DNA from: an uncultured Bacillales bacterium
GTDB lineage: Bacteria; Bacillota_I; Bacilli_A; RF39; UBA660
DNA: 64,000 nucleotides
Assembly: GCA_946628005.1 (NCBI GenBank)
Contig: CAMOWA010000003.1
Location: forward strand, 28-64,027
Direction of reading: 5' to 3'
The notes beneath the pieces are model-generated. The model was not told the origin of the DNA and made no database searches. It was given only the letters and a program-made list of their open reading frames with translations. The position numbers and the translations under genes were made by a program. Below, in pieces: positions 1 through 9,285 of this stretch; position 1 is the first letter of the stretch, and every line of letters begins with the position of its first letter.

Positions 1-1055
1 TAGATATTAATTCTAATATAACAATAGGTAAAGTTAAACCAAATCCATGTACATATGATGGAGAGTTAGTACAAGGTGCAGAATATGTAAACGGACAATA
101 TACTTATAGGTATATGCAAGAGGGAGGTTGGAATAATATTGATGAAGAAGGATGGGGGGTAATACTTACAGATAAAGATTCAACTGATGAAGTGACAACA
201 AAGTTATGTACTTCTATAAATGATAAGCCTATAGTTTCAACTTCTTTTATGTTTGCAGATTCCAAAGCATCAAATTTTGATGTATCAAGTTTTGATACTA
301 GTAATGTTACTAATATGAATTATATGTTTACGAATTCTGGAGACATTGCAAAGTCATTTATAATACAAGGATTAGATAATTTTGATACATCAAAAGTTGA
401 AAATATGTCTTGTATGTTTTCTGGTGCAGCAGAAAATGCAACAACATTTAATATTGGAGATTTAAGTAATTGGGATACATCAAAAGTAACTGATATGAAT
501 TATATGTTTTCGGCGGCGGGATATAGTTCAACAATATTTGATTTAGATTTAAGTAATTGGGATACATCAAATGTTACAACTATGATTTTTATGTTCAATG
601 CTTCAGGATATAGTGCAACAACATGGGAAATAGGAGACTTAAGTAATTGGGATACATCAAATGTGACCAATATGATGCTTATGTTTAGTGGTGCAGCGGC
701 AAATGCAACAGCATTTAATATTGGAGATTTAAGTAATTGGGATACATCTAAGGTAACAAGTATGGATGCAATGTTTGCTGGTGCTGGGAATAATGCATCA
801 ACATGGAATAGTATAGGAACTTTAAAAATATATGCAAGTGATATTAGTAGTATGTTTCAAAGTTCTCCTAATGTTAAAGCTACATTAAATATTTACAATA
901 ATCCTACTAATTATGGTTATATGTTTTCTGGTTCTGCTACTAAGAATGAAAGTAAAATAATAGTTAATTATAAGAGCAATGTTACTAATATTGATAGTAT
1001 TATTAATACTAAAAGTAGCGATTCAAATGTTATCAAAGGAATCATTATTAATTAA
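1..1055 (+). CDS. DUF285/BspA-like leucine-rich-repeat surface protein, 5' end cut by window edge
   Basis: Frame 3 is open from base 3 (..YVNGQYTYRYMQEGGW..), so the ATG at 114 is internal. Six clear tandem units carry the signature (L/F)(S/D)N(W/F)DTSxVTxMxxMF. Confidence 0.75.
   Translation, partial: DINSNITIGKVKPNPCTYDGELVQGAEYVNGQYTYRYMQEGGWNNIDEEGWGVILTDKDSTDEVTTKLCTSINDKPIVSTSFMFADSKASNFDVSSFDTSNVTNMNYMFTNSGDIAKSFIIQGLDNFDTSKVENMSCMFSGAAENATTFNIGDLSNWDTSKVTDMNYMFSAAGYSSTIFDLDLSNWDTSNVTTMIFMFNASGYSATTWEIGDLSNWDTSNVTNMMLMFSGAAANATAFNIGDLSNWDTSKVTSMDAMFAGAGNNASTWNSIGTLKIYASDISSMFQSSPNVKATLNIYNNPTNYGYMFSGSATKNESKIIVNYKSNVTNIDSIINTKSSDSNVIKGIIIN
246..800 (+). repeat. In-frame tandem ~78-nt (26-aa) DUF285 repeat units inside the surface-protein gene
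   Basis: The string gatttaagtaattgggatacatcaaa recurs at about 461, 547, 637 and 725. Confidence 0.7.
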
Positions 1056-1087
1056 AATATTAAAAATCTTATTATATTAGTTAATAA
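1054..1087 (+). terminator. Rho-independent terminator
   Basis: Perfect 11-bp stem AAATCTTATTA/TAATAAGATTT, 7-nt loop, followed by a T-run. Confidence 0.75.
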
Positions 1088-1233
1088 GATTTTTTTGTAT
1101 TATAAATGTGTTTAATTAATTACTTAATCTATAGTTAATGTTTATGTTTGTAGTGAGAATAGTATTAAGATCAGTTTTATAGAACTAAATGATTATGTCG
1201 ATTATGTGCAAGTATTATTAAGTTTTTAAATTT

Positions 1234-1350
1234 ATGTTATGTACTGATTTTGGAGAAATGGTTGGATTAAGTGAAGAAGATTTAGCTTATATTGATGAAG
1301 GTACAATTACAATTAGTAATAATAAATTTATAATGTCATTTAATCAATAA
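1234..1350 (+). pseudogene. Remnant of the C-terminal module of the surface-protein family at 1439-4449
   Basis: The 38-aa ORF MLCTDFGEMVGLSEEDLAYIDEGTITISNNKFIMSFNQ aligns to LRTDSGEEVEFNEEDLTYNDDGTVTISKNKFIMPFEN of both downstream paralogs. It lacks a signal peptide and sorting signal. It is followed by the same TTGTACAAAAA(A)TGTAA intergenic motif seen at 2953. Confidence 0.65.
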
Positions 1351-1438
1351 TCTTTTGTACAAAAATTGTAATTATCAAAAAAAATCAATTTTAATTGCAT
1401 GAGGTCTAATATATTGTTATAATAAAATTAAGGTAGGT

Positions 1439-2932
1439 ATGATTATGGTAAATAGAAAAATGTTTTTAGTTTTAATTGCTTATTTGTTGTTGCCATTTAT
1501 GGTAGATGCGAAAGAGTATTGTAAGGTTGTAAGTGGTAATGGAAAAGACATTGGAAGTGAGATTGCCTGTGGTACGGAGCATTTTTATATAGTTGATTCA
1601 AATAAAGATGAAGTTAAAATGCTTGCAAAAAATAATTTGTATGCTGGTTTAATAACTTATAAAGAAGAAATTGATATGACAAATGAGACAAGAACTATTC
1701 AAGAAGTTTATCAAGATCTTATTTCTGAAAAAAAAGCTGCTACTCCTAATCCATTAATTTTAACTCCTTTTCCTGTGGGGTGTATTGAAACGGATAGGGA
1801 GAATATTTATGAATGTTATTATAATCATTTATTATATATTACTCCAACTGGTGAACTGCCTGAAGAGGTTCGAAGTAATCCTTATGGATTTCTTCCAATC
1901 AAAGAAGTAACACAAAAAGAAGAATCTAAAAGTGCTCATAGTGATTCTAACAATAAAGATGTTTTAGGATTCCCACAAGTTGGTGATGTTTATATTATTC
2001 TAAATCAAATGGAATTAATTTCTGACAATGAAGAGGAATATGGAGATAGTTTTAGAGACTTTACTTTTATTAACTCTTATAATCCTAATAATAGCGCTGC
2101 TTTTTCTGTTAATGGTAGTGGACCTTTAACTGATGTTCCTATAATTATGGGCTTATATCGTAAATATCTTGAAGATAATAGCTATAGTGTAAACAATATT
2201 GATTTATTGTCTTTATCTGATGTTAATAATATTATTAAGAAAACTAATAATAAATCATTACCGATAAGAGAGTGGACTACTGATCCAACTCAAACAAGTA
2301 TATTTGGTGGGTTGGAGTATGACTCTTTGACAGATTATTTAAAGGCTAGTGAATCATGGTTATATGATGGAACTTATTGGTTAAAAACAGCTGTCGTTGA
2401 TAATAATTTAACACCACCAATTCAAGGAGCATTATTTATTGATTCTTTTGGGGCTATATGTGGTTCTGGAAAAAAAAGCATTCCATGTACTCAGTATTAT
2501 CAAACAGGTCTTCCTGCAGGCGTTAGGCCAACTATTACAATTTCTGCTAAGGAACTTCAATATTTAATTAAGACAGAAGCAGGTAATGGTGGAAGTATAT
2601 CTGTAGTTGATAATTCTTTAGGAGGAGAGACTATTACTTTTGATGTTTCTACTAATAAAGGATTTAAATTAAAAGGTTTAATTTTACGAACTGATTCTGG
2701 AGAAGAAGTAGAATTTAATGAAGAGGATTTAACTTATAATGATGATGGTACTGTTACAATTAGTAAAAATAAATTTATAATGCCATTTGAAAATGTAACA
2801 ATAGAAGCTAAATGGAAATTTGAGTCATTACTTGTAAATCCTGAAACTGGAAGAAATATAGTATTAATATTTGCGCCTTTGATTGTTTTAATAATGGGAA
2901 CTAATATTTATAGAAAGAGAAGAGTTATATAA
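1439..2932 (+). CDS. Secreted cell-wall-anchored surface protein, paralog A (NPETG sorting signal)
   Basis: Signal peptide LLPFMVDA/KEY. The C-terminus LVNPETG is followed by a hydrophobic stretch and an RKRR tail. The ends are near-identical to paralog B. Confidence 0.65.
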   Translation: MIMVNRKMFLVLIAYLLLPFMVDAKEYCKVVSGNGKDIGSEIACGTEHFYIVDSNKDEVKMLAKNNLYAGLITYKEEIDMTNETRTIQEVYQDLISEKKAATPNPLILTPFPVGCIETDRENIYECYYNHLLYITPTGELPEEVRSNPYGFLPIKEVTQKEESKSAHSDSNNKDVLGFPQVGDVYIILNQMELISDNEEEYGDSFRDFTFINSYNPNNSAAFSVNGSGPLTDVPIIMGLYRKYLEDNSYSVNNIDLLSLSDVNNIIKKTNNKSLPIREWTTDPTQTSIFGGLEYDSLTDYLKASESWLYDGTYWLKTAVVDNNLTPPIQGALFIDSFGAICGSGKKSIPCTQYYQTGLPAGVRPTITISAKELQYLIKTEAGNGGSISVVDNSLGGETITFDVSTNKGFKLKGLILRTDSGEEVEFNEEDLTYNDDGTVTISKNKFIMPFENVTIEAKWKFESLLVNPETGRNIVLIFAPLIVLIMGTNIYRKRRVI

Positions 2933-3048
2933 CTTTTTTCTTTTTTTAATTATTTGTACAAAAAATGTAAATGTATTAATTGTTTTTTTTGTTTTTATTG
3001 TTTGAAGTTGAGTTTATTGTTAAAATAATTTTAAGGTTGGTGTGTTTT

Positions 3049-4449
3049 ATGAAAAATAAGGAGTTGTTTTTAGTTTTAATAGCTTTTTTGTTACTACCAT
3101 TTATGGTTAATGCGAAAGAGTATTGTAAAGTAGTTAGTGGAAATGGAAAAGATATTGGTAGTGAAATTGCTTGTGGAACTGAACATTTTTATATTGTAGA
3201 TTCTAATGAAGATGAAATAAAATTATTTGCGAAATATAACTTGTATACTGGAACTATTATATATAGAGAAAAAATTGAAAAAGAAGAAGGTGATACAAGA
3301 GATGATTATGTGTATTGTTATGATTTAGCACAGTCAAAAGGTGGGCAACTGAAGAATGACCCTTTTTATAGTACCTCAACAGGTTATTGCTATTACTCAA
3401 AAAGTATAGATGAAAATATAGTTAAACAAAATGAAAATGCAAAGTCTGCTCATCAAGATGATGCGATGAATTATCTGTATCCTCAAGTTGGTGATGTTTA
3501 CATGTCTGCTGACAACCCAGCTATTGTTTTTGAGTCGTATAATGGTTATACTGGTCCATTTTTAAGGCCAGTTGGTAATTATTATGATTTTTCTATTGAT
3601 ATTAACTATGATGATTCCAGTATGATTAATAATGGATTTGATTTTTCTATTTCTTCGAAATTGTTTAGGTACAAACTTTTTTTAGAAGATTCTAATTATG
3701 AAATAAGAAATATTGGTTTATTATCTTTAACTGATTTAAATAAAATAGTAGAAAAAACATCAAAGAAGAGTATTCCTTATGAAGAATGGGGTGAAAAAAT
3801 TGTTGAAGCACAAACTGAATCTATTTTTGATTGGGCTCCTGAATTTGGTGATATTAAGCCATATATTTTGAAAGAACATTCATGGCTTTATTCTACAACT
3901 TATTGGAATTCTACTATTTTTAGGCTTACAGAAGAATATTCACAAGGTTCCTATTTTATGTTTACAACTGAAAAAGGTAAAATATGTGGAGCAGGATTTA
4001 ATGCCTGTGTTCCATCTACTAAATTAGGATGTGGTGTTCGTCCTGTAATTACAATACCTAATGAACTTCAATATTTAATTAAGACAGAGGTAAGTGATGG
4101 TGGGAGTATTTCTGTAGTTGATAATTCTTTAGGTGGAGAGACTATTACTTTTGATGTTTCTACAAATAAAGGATTTAAATTAAAAAGTTTATTTTTAAGA
4201 ACTGACTCTGGAGAAGAAGTTGAATTTAATGAAGAGGATTTAACTTATAATGATGATGGTACTGTTACAATTAGTAAAAATAAATTTATAATGCCATTTG
4301 AAAATGTAACTATTGAAGCTAAATGGGAGGCTGAGTCATTACTTGTAAATCCTAAAACTGGAAGAAGAATATTTATTTTCTTAGGATTATTATTGGGAGT
4401 TGTTTTTGTAGTGAAAAATGTTGTATTAATAAAAAAAGAAAACGTTTAA
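3049..4449 (+). CDS. Secreted cell-wall-anchored surface protein, paralog B (NPKTG sorting signal)
   Basis: Start moved to the ATG at 3049 (MKNKELFLVLIAF), preceded by aaggttgg as in paralog A. The C-terminus LVNPKTG is followed by a hydrophobic stretch and a KK tail. Confidence 0.65.
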   Translation: MKNKELFLVLIAFLLLPFMVNAKEYCKVVSGNGKDIGSEIACGTEHFYIVDSNEDEIKLFAKYNLYTGTIIYREKIEKEEGDTRDDYVYCYDLAQSKGGQLKNDPFYSTSTGYCYYSKSIDENIVKQNENAKSAHQDDAMNYLYPQVGDVYMSADNPAIVFESYNGYTGPFLRPVGNYYDFSIDINYDDSSMINNGFDFSISSKLFRYKLFLEDSNYEIRNIGLLSLTDLNKIVEKTSKKSIPYEEWGEKIVEAQTESIFDWAPEFGDIKPYILKEHSWLYSTTYWNSTIFRLTEEYSQGSYFMFTTEKGKICGAGFNACVPSTKLGCGVRPVITIPNELQYLIKTEVSDGGSISVVDNSLGGETITFDVSTNKGFKLKSLFLRTDSGEEVEFNEEDLTYNDDGTVTISKNKFIMPFENVTIEAKWEAESLLVNPKTGRRIFIFLGLLLGVVFVVKNVVLIKKENV

Positions 4450-4471
4450 TACGTTTTTTTTGGAGTATGTT

Positions 4472-5632
4472 ATGAAGAAAGTTTTATTTTTAATAATTTT
4501 TTTATTTCCTTTATCTGTTTTTGGATTAGATTTACATTCTGAAAAGTATGTTATTTATAATTTAGATGATGATGAAATTATACTTGAAAAAGGCATTTCT
4601 GATGATGTTATGATAGCTTCTCTTACTAAGATTCTTTCTGCAATGGTTATTATTGAAGGATGTGATGATTTAGATAAGAAAGTTGTTTATAATAGAGAAA
4701 TGAGAGATTCTATTCCACCTCATGCTTATGTAATTCATTTAAAAGAGGGAGTGGAGTATACTTATTCTGATTTACTTTATGCAACTATTCTTCCATCTGC
4801 TGCAGATGCTGTTACTGCTTTAGCAATCAATTATTCTTCTAGTGTTTCAGATTTTGTTTCTGAAATGAACAAAAAAGCTAAAGAGATTGGTCTTCAACAT
4901 TCTAATTTTACTAATCCTATTGGAATGGACGATATTAATAATCATTCTACTTTAGAAGATGTTTTAATATTACTTCGTTATGCTTTAAAAAATGATACTT
5001 TTAAAAAAATATATATGACAAAGGAATATACTTTGTCTGATGGGATGGTTATTTATTCTTCTATTATGATGTATTCTGAAAAGCTTAATATTGATACTTC
5101 TAGAATTCTTGGAGCAAAAACTGGGGCCACAGGAGGGGCAGGATATGCTCTTTCTCAAGTATTTGAATCAGGTGGACATAATTTGTTATCTATTAGTGTT
5201 TTAGCTCCTCAAACTAAGGATTCTTTTCATATTATAGATGGACTTAATATTATTCATTATATGGATGATAATTATTCGGATAAAACTCTTCTTAAAGAAA
5301 ATAGATTATTAAAGACTATTCCTGTATATCATTCTAATATAAAAGAATATAATGTTTATTCTGATAAAGAATTAATTAAATATTTAAATAATGATTTTAA
5401 AGAAGAAGATTTTCATATTAAATATAAATTACCTAAATATTTAGATTATCATTCTAAAGATAAAATAGGAAAAGTTTATTACTATTATCAAGACCAATTA
5501 TTATATACTCAGAATATTATTTTAGATAAGAATATAAGACCTAGTTTATTTGAATATATAAAAAAATTTATTTTTATAATTCCTATTATTTTATTAATAT
5601 TATTTATTATAAGAAGAACAAAAAAAGTATAG
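4472..5632 (+). CDS. Serine-type D-Ala-D-Ala carboxypeptidase (S11, low-MW PBP) with C-terminal membrane anchor
   Basis: SxxK motif (ASLTK) and KTG motif (KTGAT). Signal peptide present. GGAG lies 7 nt upstream of the ATG at 4472. C-terminal TM segment. Confidence 0.75.
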   Translation: MKKVLFLIIFLFPLSVFGLDLHSEKYVIYNLDDDEIILEKGISDDVMIASLTKILSAMVIIEGCDDLDKKVVYNREMRDSIPPHAYVIHLKEGVEYTYSDLLYATILPSAADAVTALAINYSSSVSDFVSEMNKKAKEIGLQHSNFTNPIGMDDINNHSTLEDVLILLRYALKNDTFKKIYMTKEYTLSDGMVIYSSIMMYSEKLNIDTSRILGAKTGATGGAGYALSQVFESGGHNLLSISVLAPQTKDSFHIIDGLNIIHYMDDNYSDKTLLKENRLLKTIPVYHSNIKEYNVYSDKELIKYLNNDFKEEDFHIKYKLPKYLDYHSKDKIGKVYYYYQDQLLYTQNIILDKNIRPSLFEYIKKFIFIIPIILLILFIIRRTKKV

Positions 5633-5741
5633 TTTTTTGTTCTTTTAATTTTATTTTAATGTTCATTTTTTATATTTTATATTGTCAAGGGAAAAAGAGG
5701 TGATATTTAATAATATAAATATGTTATACTAATAGTAATAA

Positions 5742-6458
5742 ATGTTAGGAGTGAATGTTATTATAAAATATAGAAATGAATGGAAATATATTCTTACTAA
5801 TCAAGAGTTTAGTTTATTAAATTCTAGATTATCTCAGGTTTTAGATTTAGATTCTCATACTCCTAAAGATGGTCGTTATATTATTCATTCTTTGTATTTT
5901 GATGATTATAAGAATTTATCTATTTCTACTACGGAAGCAGGTTTATCTAATCGTTTTAAATGGAGAATTCGATATTATGGAGATGATTTAGATTATATTG
6001 TGCTTGAAAAGAAAATCAAAAAAGAAGGAAGATGCTATAAGAAAAGTTGTAGATTAACTATAGATGAGTATCATATTATAATTAATGGTGATATTTGTGA
6101 TATTCTTTATGATACTGATAAAGATTTAATTAAAGAGCTTGGAAAAGATATTTTAATGTACCATTATCAACCTAAGATTATTATTGAATATGAGAGAGTT
6201 GCTTATGTTGAAGAGATTTCTAATGTAAGAATAACTTTTGATTTAAAGATATCATCTTCTTATGAAATAGAACATTTTTTAGAAGGAGATTATTTAAAAC
6301 ATTATCTTTTACCAAGTAATGAAAATATTTTAGAAGTAAAATTTGATGATATTCTACCATCTTATATTCGTAGGATTGTTGAGTCTTTTGGATTTATACA
6401 GACATCTTTTTCAAAATATTATTATGGTAGAAAGATTATAGATTCATATTATGGATAG
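5742..6458 (+). CDS. VTC (polyphosphate polymerase-like) domain protein
   Basis: N-terminal YRNEWKY and C-terminal LEVKF pattern typical of bacterial VTC-domain proteins. A DUF4956 gene lies next to it. Confidence 0.55.
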   Translation: MLGVNVIIKYRNEWKYILTNQEFSLLNSRLSQVLDLDSHTPKDGRYIIHSLYFDDYKNLSISTTEAGLSNRFKWRIRYYGDDLDYIVLEKKIKKEGRCYKKSCRLTIDEYHIIINGDICDILYDTDKDLIKELGKDILMYHYQPKIIIEYERVAYVEEISNVRITFDLKISSSYEIEHFLEGDYLKHYLLPSNENILEVKFDDILPSYIRRIVESFGFIQTSFSKYYYGRKIIDSYYG

Positions 6459-6467
6459 GAGAAGTTT

Positions 6468-7130
6468 ATGATAGAAGTTTTTGAAAATATTATTAATTTA
6501 TATTCTAATGAAAGTATAACTACTACAACAATAATAGCTGTTTTATTGATGGTGTTATTTTTAGGAGTTTATGAGTTTTTTGTATATCGATTTATATCAC
6601 ATCGTTCATTTTATAATAAGTCATTTAATATTACGATAAGTGTTTTACCATTTTTTATTTCAACAATTATACTATGTTTACAATCAAATATTATTATTAC
6701 ATTAGGTACAATTGGAGCTTTAGCTATTATACGTTTTCGTACAGCTATAAAAGATCCTGTTGATATGCTTTATTTATTATGGAGTGTTTATATAGGTATT
6801 ATATGTGGTTGTCAATTATATGAAGTAGGAGTGTTAACATCTATTTTAGTTACTATTGTTTTAGTTCTTTTGGAACATATTAATTTTGGTAGAAGACCTT
6901 TTGTTTTAATATTACATAGTAATTCTGATATAGAAAAAGATGTGGTAGAATCTTTTAAAAATGATAAAATTTCTTATAAATTTAAATCAAGAAATTATAC
7001 GAATAAGGGATATGATTATGCTATTGAATTAACTATTAAGGATATTGAGGGATTAAAAAAAGAATTATCTGATAATAAGAAAGTTACAAAGTATTCTATA
7101 ATTGAGTATGATGCCGATGATATCGTTTAG
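6468..7130 (+). CDS. DUF4956 membrane protein
   Basis: Four TM segments with the IIRFRTAIKDPVDMLYLLWSVYIGIICG signature. Confidence 0.6.
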   Translation: MIEVFENIINLYSNESITTTTIIAVLLMVLFLGVYEFFVYRFISHRSFYNKSFNITISVLPFFISTIILCLQSNIIITLGTIGALAIIRFRTAIKDPVDMLYLLWSVYIGIICGCQLYEVGVLTSILVTIVLVLLEHINFGRRPFVLILHSNSDIEKDVVESFKNDKISYKFKSRNYTNKGYDYAIELTIKDIEGLKKELSDNKKVTKYSIIEYDADDIV

Positions 7131-7878
7131 TTTAAGTAGAAGAAAAATACTTATTATTATTCTTTTTACTACTGTATTTGCTTTATTATTTTTTCTATTT
7201 TTGAATTTTCATTCTAGATTTCATAATAAAGTAGTTTCTAAAGAAAAATGGAATTCTATTATTGAGAGTAGAGAAGAAAATAATAAGATAAATATTAGTA
7301 GTATTACTTTTAATGATTATCAGGCAATTATTAGTGAAGATAAAATATATTATTCCCTTGTATCCTCTAAAAATATGTATAATCCAATGATTCATTATAA
7401 AACTAGTAATAATTGTTCAGTTGTTGTTAGTGGAGATATAGATGATAATTCTACTGTTAAAATTATGGTTTATAATAAAAAGTATTATCATATTTATAGT
7501 CTTGTAGTTACAAAGTATTCTCTTTTAAGTATTGATTATGATGAGAATTATTCAGAAAAGAATATTCCAATGAAATTATCTTTATTTGATAATCATGAAG
7601 ATTCTATTAGAAGATTAGTTGAATCTGATGGGAAAATAATGATTATTAAGGATAATGTAGAATATCATTTTTCTTTAACAATGAACTCTCTTGGAAGAAA
7701 TAAAAGAGTTAATGAAATATCGTTATTTGGTATGAGTCCTTCTAATAAATATATTCTTTTAAGAGTTAAGAATGAAAAAGATGATGATTTTAATTGTGTT
7801 CAGTTGTTTATTAATAATAAATATAAAGGTTTATATGTTTTAGAACACAGAGAAAGGAGAAAAGATAATGAAAGATAA
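7102..7878 (+). CDS. Membrane-anchored protein resembling only the N-terminal part of CotH-family proteins
   Basis: N-terminal TM segment. The C-terminal CVQLFINNKYKGLYVLEHRE resembles the CotH ..NGxYxGlYxlxE.. segment. The ORF ends before any kinase-like region. Confidence 0.35.
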   Translation: MSMMPMISFSLSRRKILIIILFTTVFALLFFLFLNFHSRFHNKVVSKEKWNSIIESREENNKINISSITFNDYQAIISEDKIYYSLVSSKNMYNPMIHYKTSNNCSVVVSGDIDDNSTVKIMVYNKKYYHIYSLVVTKYSLLSIDYDENYSEKNIPMKLSLFDNHEDSIRRLVESDGKIMIIKDNVEYHFSLTMNSLGRNKRVNEISLFGMSPSNKYILLRVKNEKDDDFNCVQLFINNKYKGLYVLEHRERRKDNER

Positions 7879-9196
7879 AATAAAAGATTTAAGTTTGAAA
7901 AAAATTATAGTTATTATTCTTGTGTTATTATTTATAATTGGTGTTCTATCTGGATTTATAATTGCTTTAAATAACCATAAATCAGCTAATTTAAAGTCTA
8001 GTTCTACTTCAGCTAGTGATGTTAGTTCTAATTATAATGTTCAATTTGATTCATCTACTGATTTAGAAGGAGAATCTATTACTAGTGGAGGTAGTTATAC
8101 TCTTAGTGGAAATTATGGAGGAATTACTATTAATACAAAGGATGCGGTTGAGTTGAAGCTCGATGGTGCTTCTATAACGAATAATAATGGACCTGCTATA
8201 TATGTTGAAAGTGCTAAGAGTGTTAGTATTGTATTAATTGGAGAGAATAAAATTATTTCTACCACAACAACTGATTTAGATGGAGCAATTTATTCTAAGG
8301 ATGATTTGATTTTATCTGGAGATGGTAGTTTAGATATTGAGTCTAATTATGATGGAATTGTTTCTAAGGATACCTTAGTTATTAATAGTGGTACTTATAC
8401 AATAAAAGCAGATGATGATGGAATTCGTGGTAAAGATAATGTAGCAATTGTGTCTGGTACTTTTAAAATTGATGTTTCTGGTGATGGAATAAAAGCTACA
8501 AATGAAGAAGAAAGTGGAAAGGGATATGTTGCTATTGATGGAGGTAATTTTACTATTAATAGTATTGGAGATGGTATTTCTGCAACAACAAACCTAGTAA
8601 TTAATGATGGAACGTTTAATATTAAGACAACAGGAAACACAAATTCTAATTCTAGTAAGGGTTTAAAAGCTGGAACTTTAGTTGAGATTAATAGTGGTAC
8701 TTTTACTTTAAATAATACGGATGATAGTATTCATTCAGATGGAAATATTTTAATTAATGGAGGAAGTTTTACTATTGATACGGATGATGATGGAATTCAT
8801 GTGGATGGAATGTTAGAGGTAAATGATGGAGTATTTAGTATTAATGGACATGAAGGATTAGAAGGTACTTATATAAAAGTAAATGGAGGAACAATTACTA
8901 TTCAGGCAACAGATGACGGAATTAATGCTGGTAATAAGTCTAACAAGTATACAGCAACCATTGAAATAAATGGAGGAAGTATTACTATTGATATGGGACA
9001 GGGTGATACGGATGCTGTTGATTCTAATGGAAATATATATATTAATGGTGGTACTTTAACTATTACTGCTCAATCTGCCTTTGATTATGATGGAGAGGCT
9101 AAATATTCAGGTGGTAAAATTATTGTTAATGGAGAAGAAACTACAACTATTTCTAATCAAATGATGGGTGGAAGACCTGGAGGGATGAGAAGATAA
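7868..9196 (+). CDS. Cthe_2159-like carbohydrate-binding beta-helix protein, membrane-anchored
   Basis: N-terminal TM segment. Periodic GTF(T/K)I..(D)DGI(R/K/S/H) repeats (GTYTIKADDDGIRGKD, GTFKIDVSGDGIKAT, GNFTINSIGDGISAT, and others). Confidence 0.55.
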   Translation: MKDKIKDLSLKKIIVIILVLLFIIGVLSGFIIALNNHKSANLKSSSTSASDVSSNYNVQFDSSTDLEGESITSGGSYTLSGNYGGITINTKDAVELKLDGASITNNNGPAIYVESAKSVSIVLIGENKIISTTTTDLDGAIYSKDDLILSGDGSLDIESNYDGIVSKDTLVINSGTYTIKADDDGIRGKDNVAIVSGTFKIDVSGDGIKATNEEESGKGYVAIDGGNFTINSIGDGISATTNLVINDGTFNIKTTGNTNSNSSKGLKAGTLVEINSGTFTLNNTDDSIHSDGNILINGGSFTIDTDDDGIHVDGMLEVNDGVFSINGHEGLEGTYIKVNGGTITIQATDDGINAGNKSNKYTATIEINGGSITIDMGQGDTDAVDSNGNIYINGGTLTITAQSAFDYDGEAKYSGGKIIVNGEETTTISNQMMGGRPGGMRR

Positions 9197-9202
9197 TTTA
9201 TA

Positions 9203-9231
9203 AAAGATCATTGAAAAGAATGGTCTTTTTT
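9203..9231 (+). terminator. Rho-independent terminator
   Basis: AAAGATCATT/AATGGTCTTT stem with one G-U pair, followed by a T-run. Confidence 0.6.
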
Positions 9232-9285
9232 CTTCAGATTGTAATTTAAAAAGAGGTAGAGTATAATAATATTGGGAGGATTGAA

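Noticed and set aside
2980-3048. Upstream extensions of ORF-track calls (2980, 4460, 11560, 15388, 18479, 20704, 39093, 46016, 47524, 58239)
   Set aside because: Each extension lacks an RBS, is hydrophobic or odd in composition, or overlaps a terminator (for example 20714-20737). An internal ATG with a good Shine-Dalgarno matches the expected family N-terminus, so the starts were moved.
1439-4449. Diversity-generating retroelement or cassette-inversion system behind the divergent cores of the paralogous surface proteins
   Set aside because: There is no reverse transcriptase, no template repeat with A-specific mismatches, and no invertase or inverted repeats nearby. Tandem duplication with gene conversion explains the pattern.
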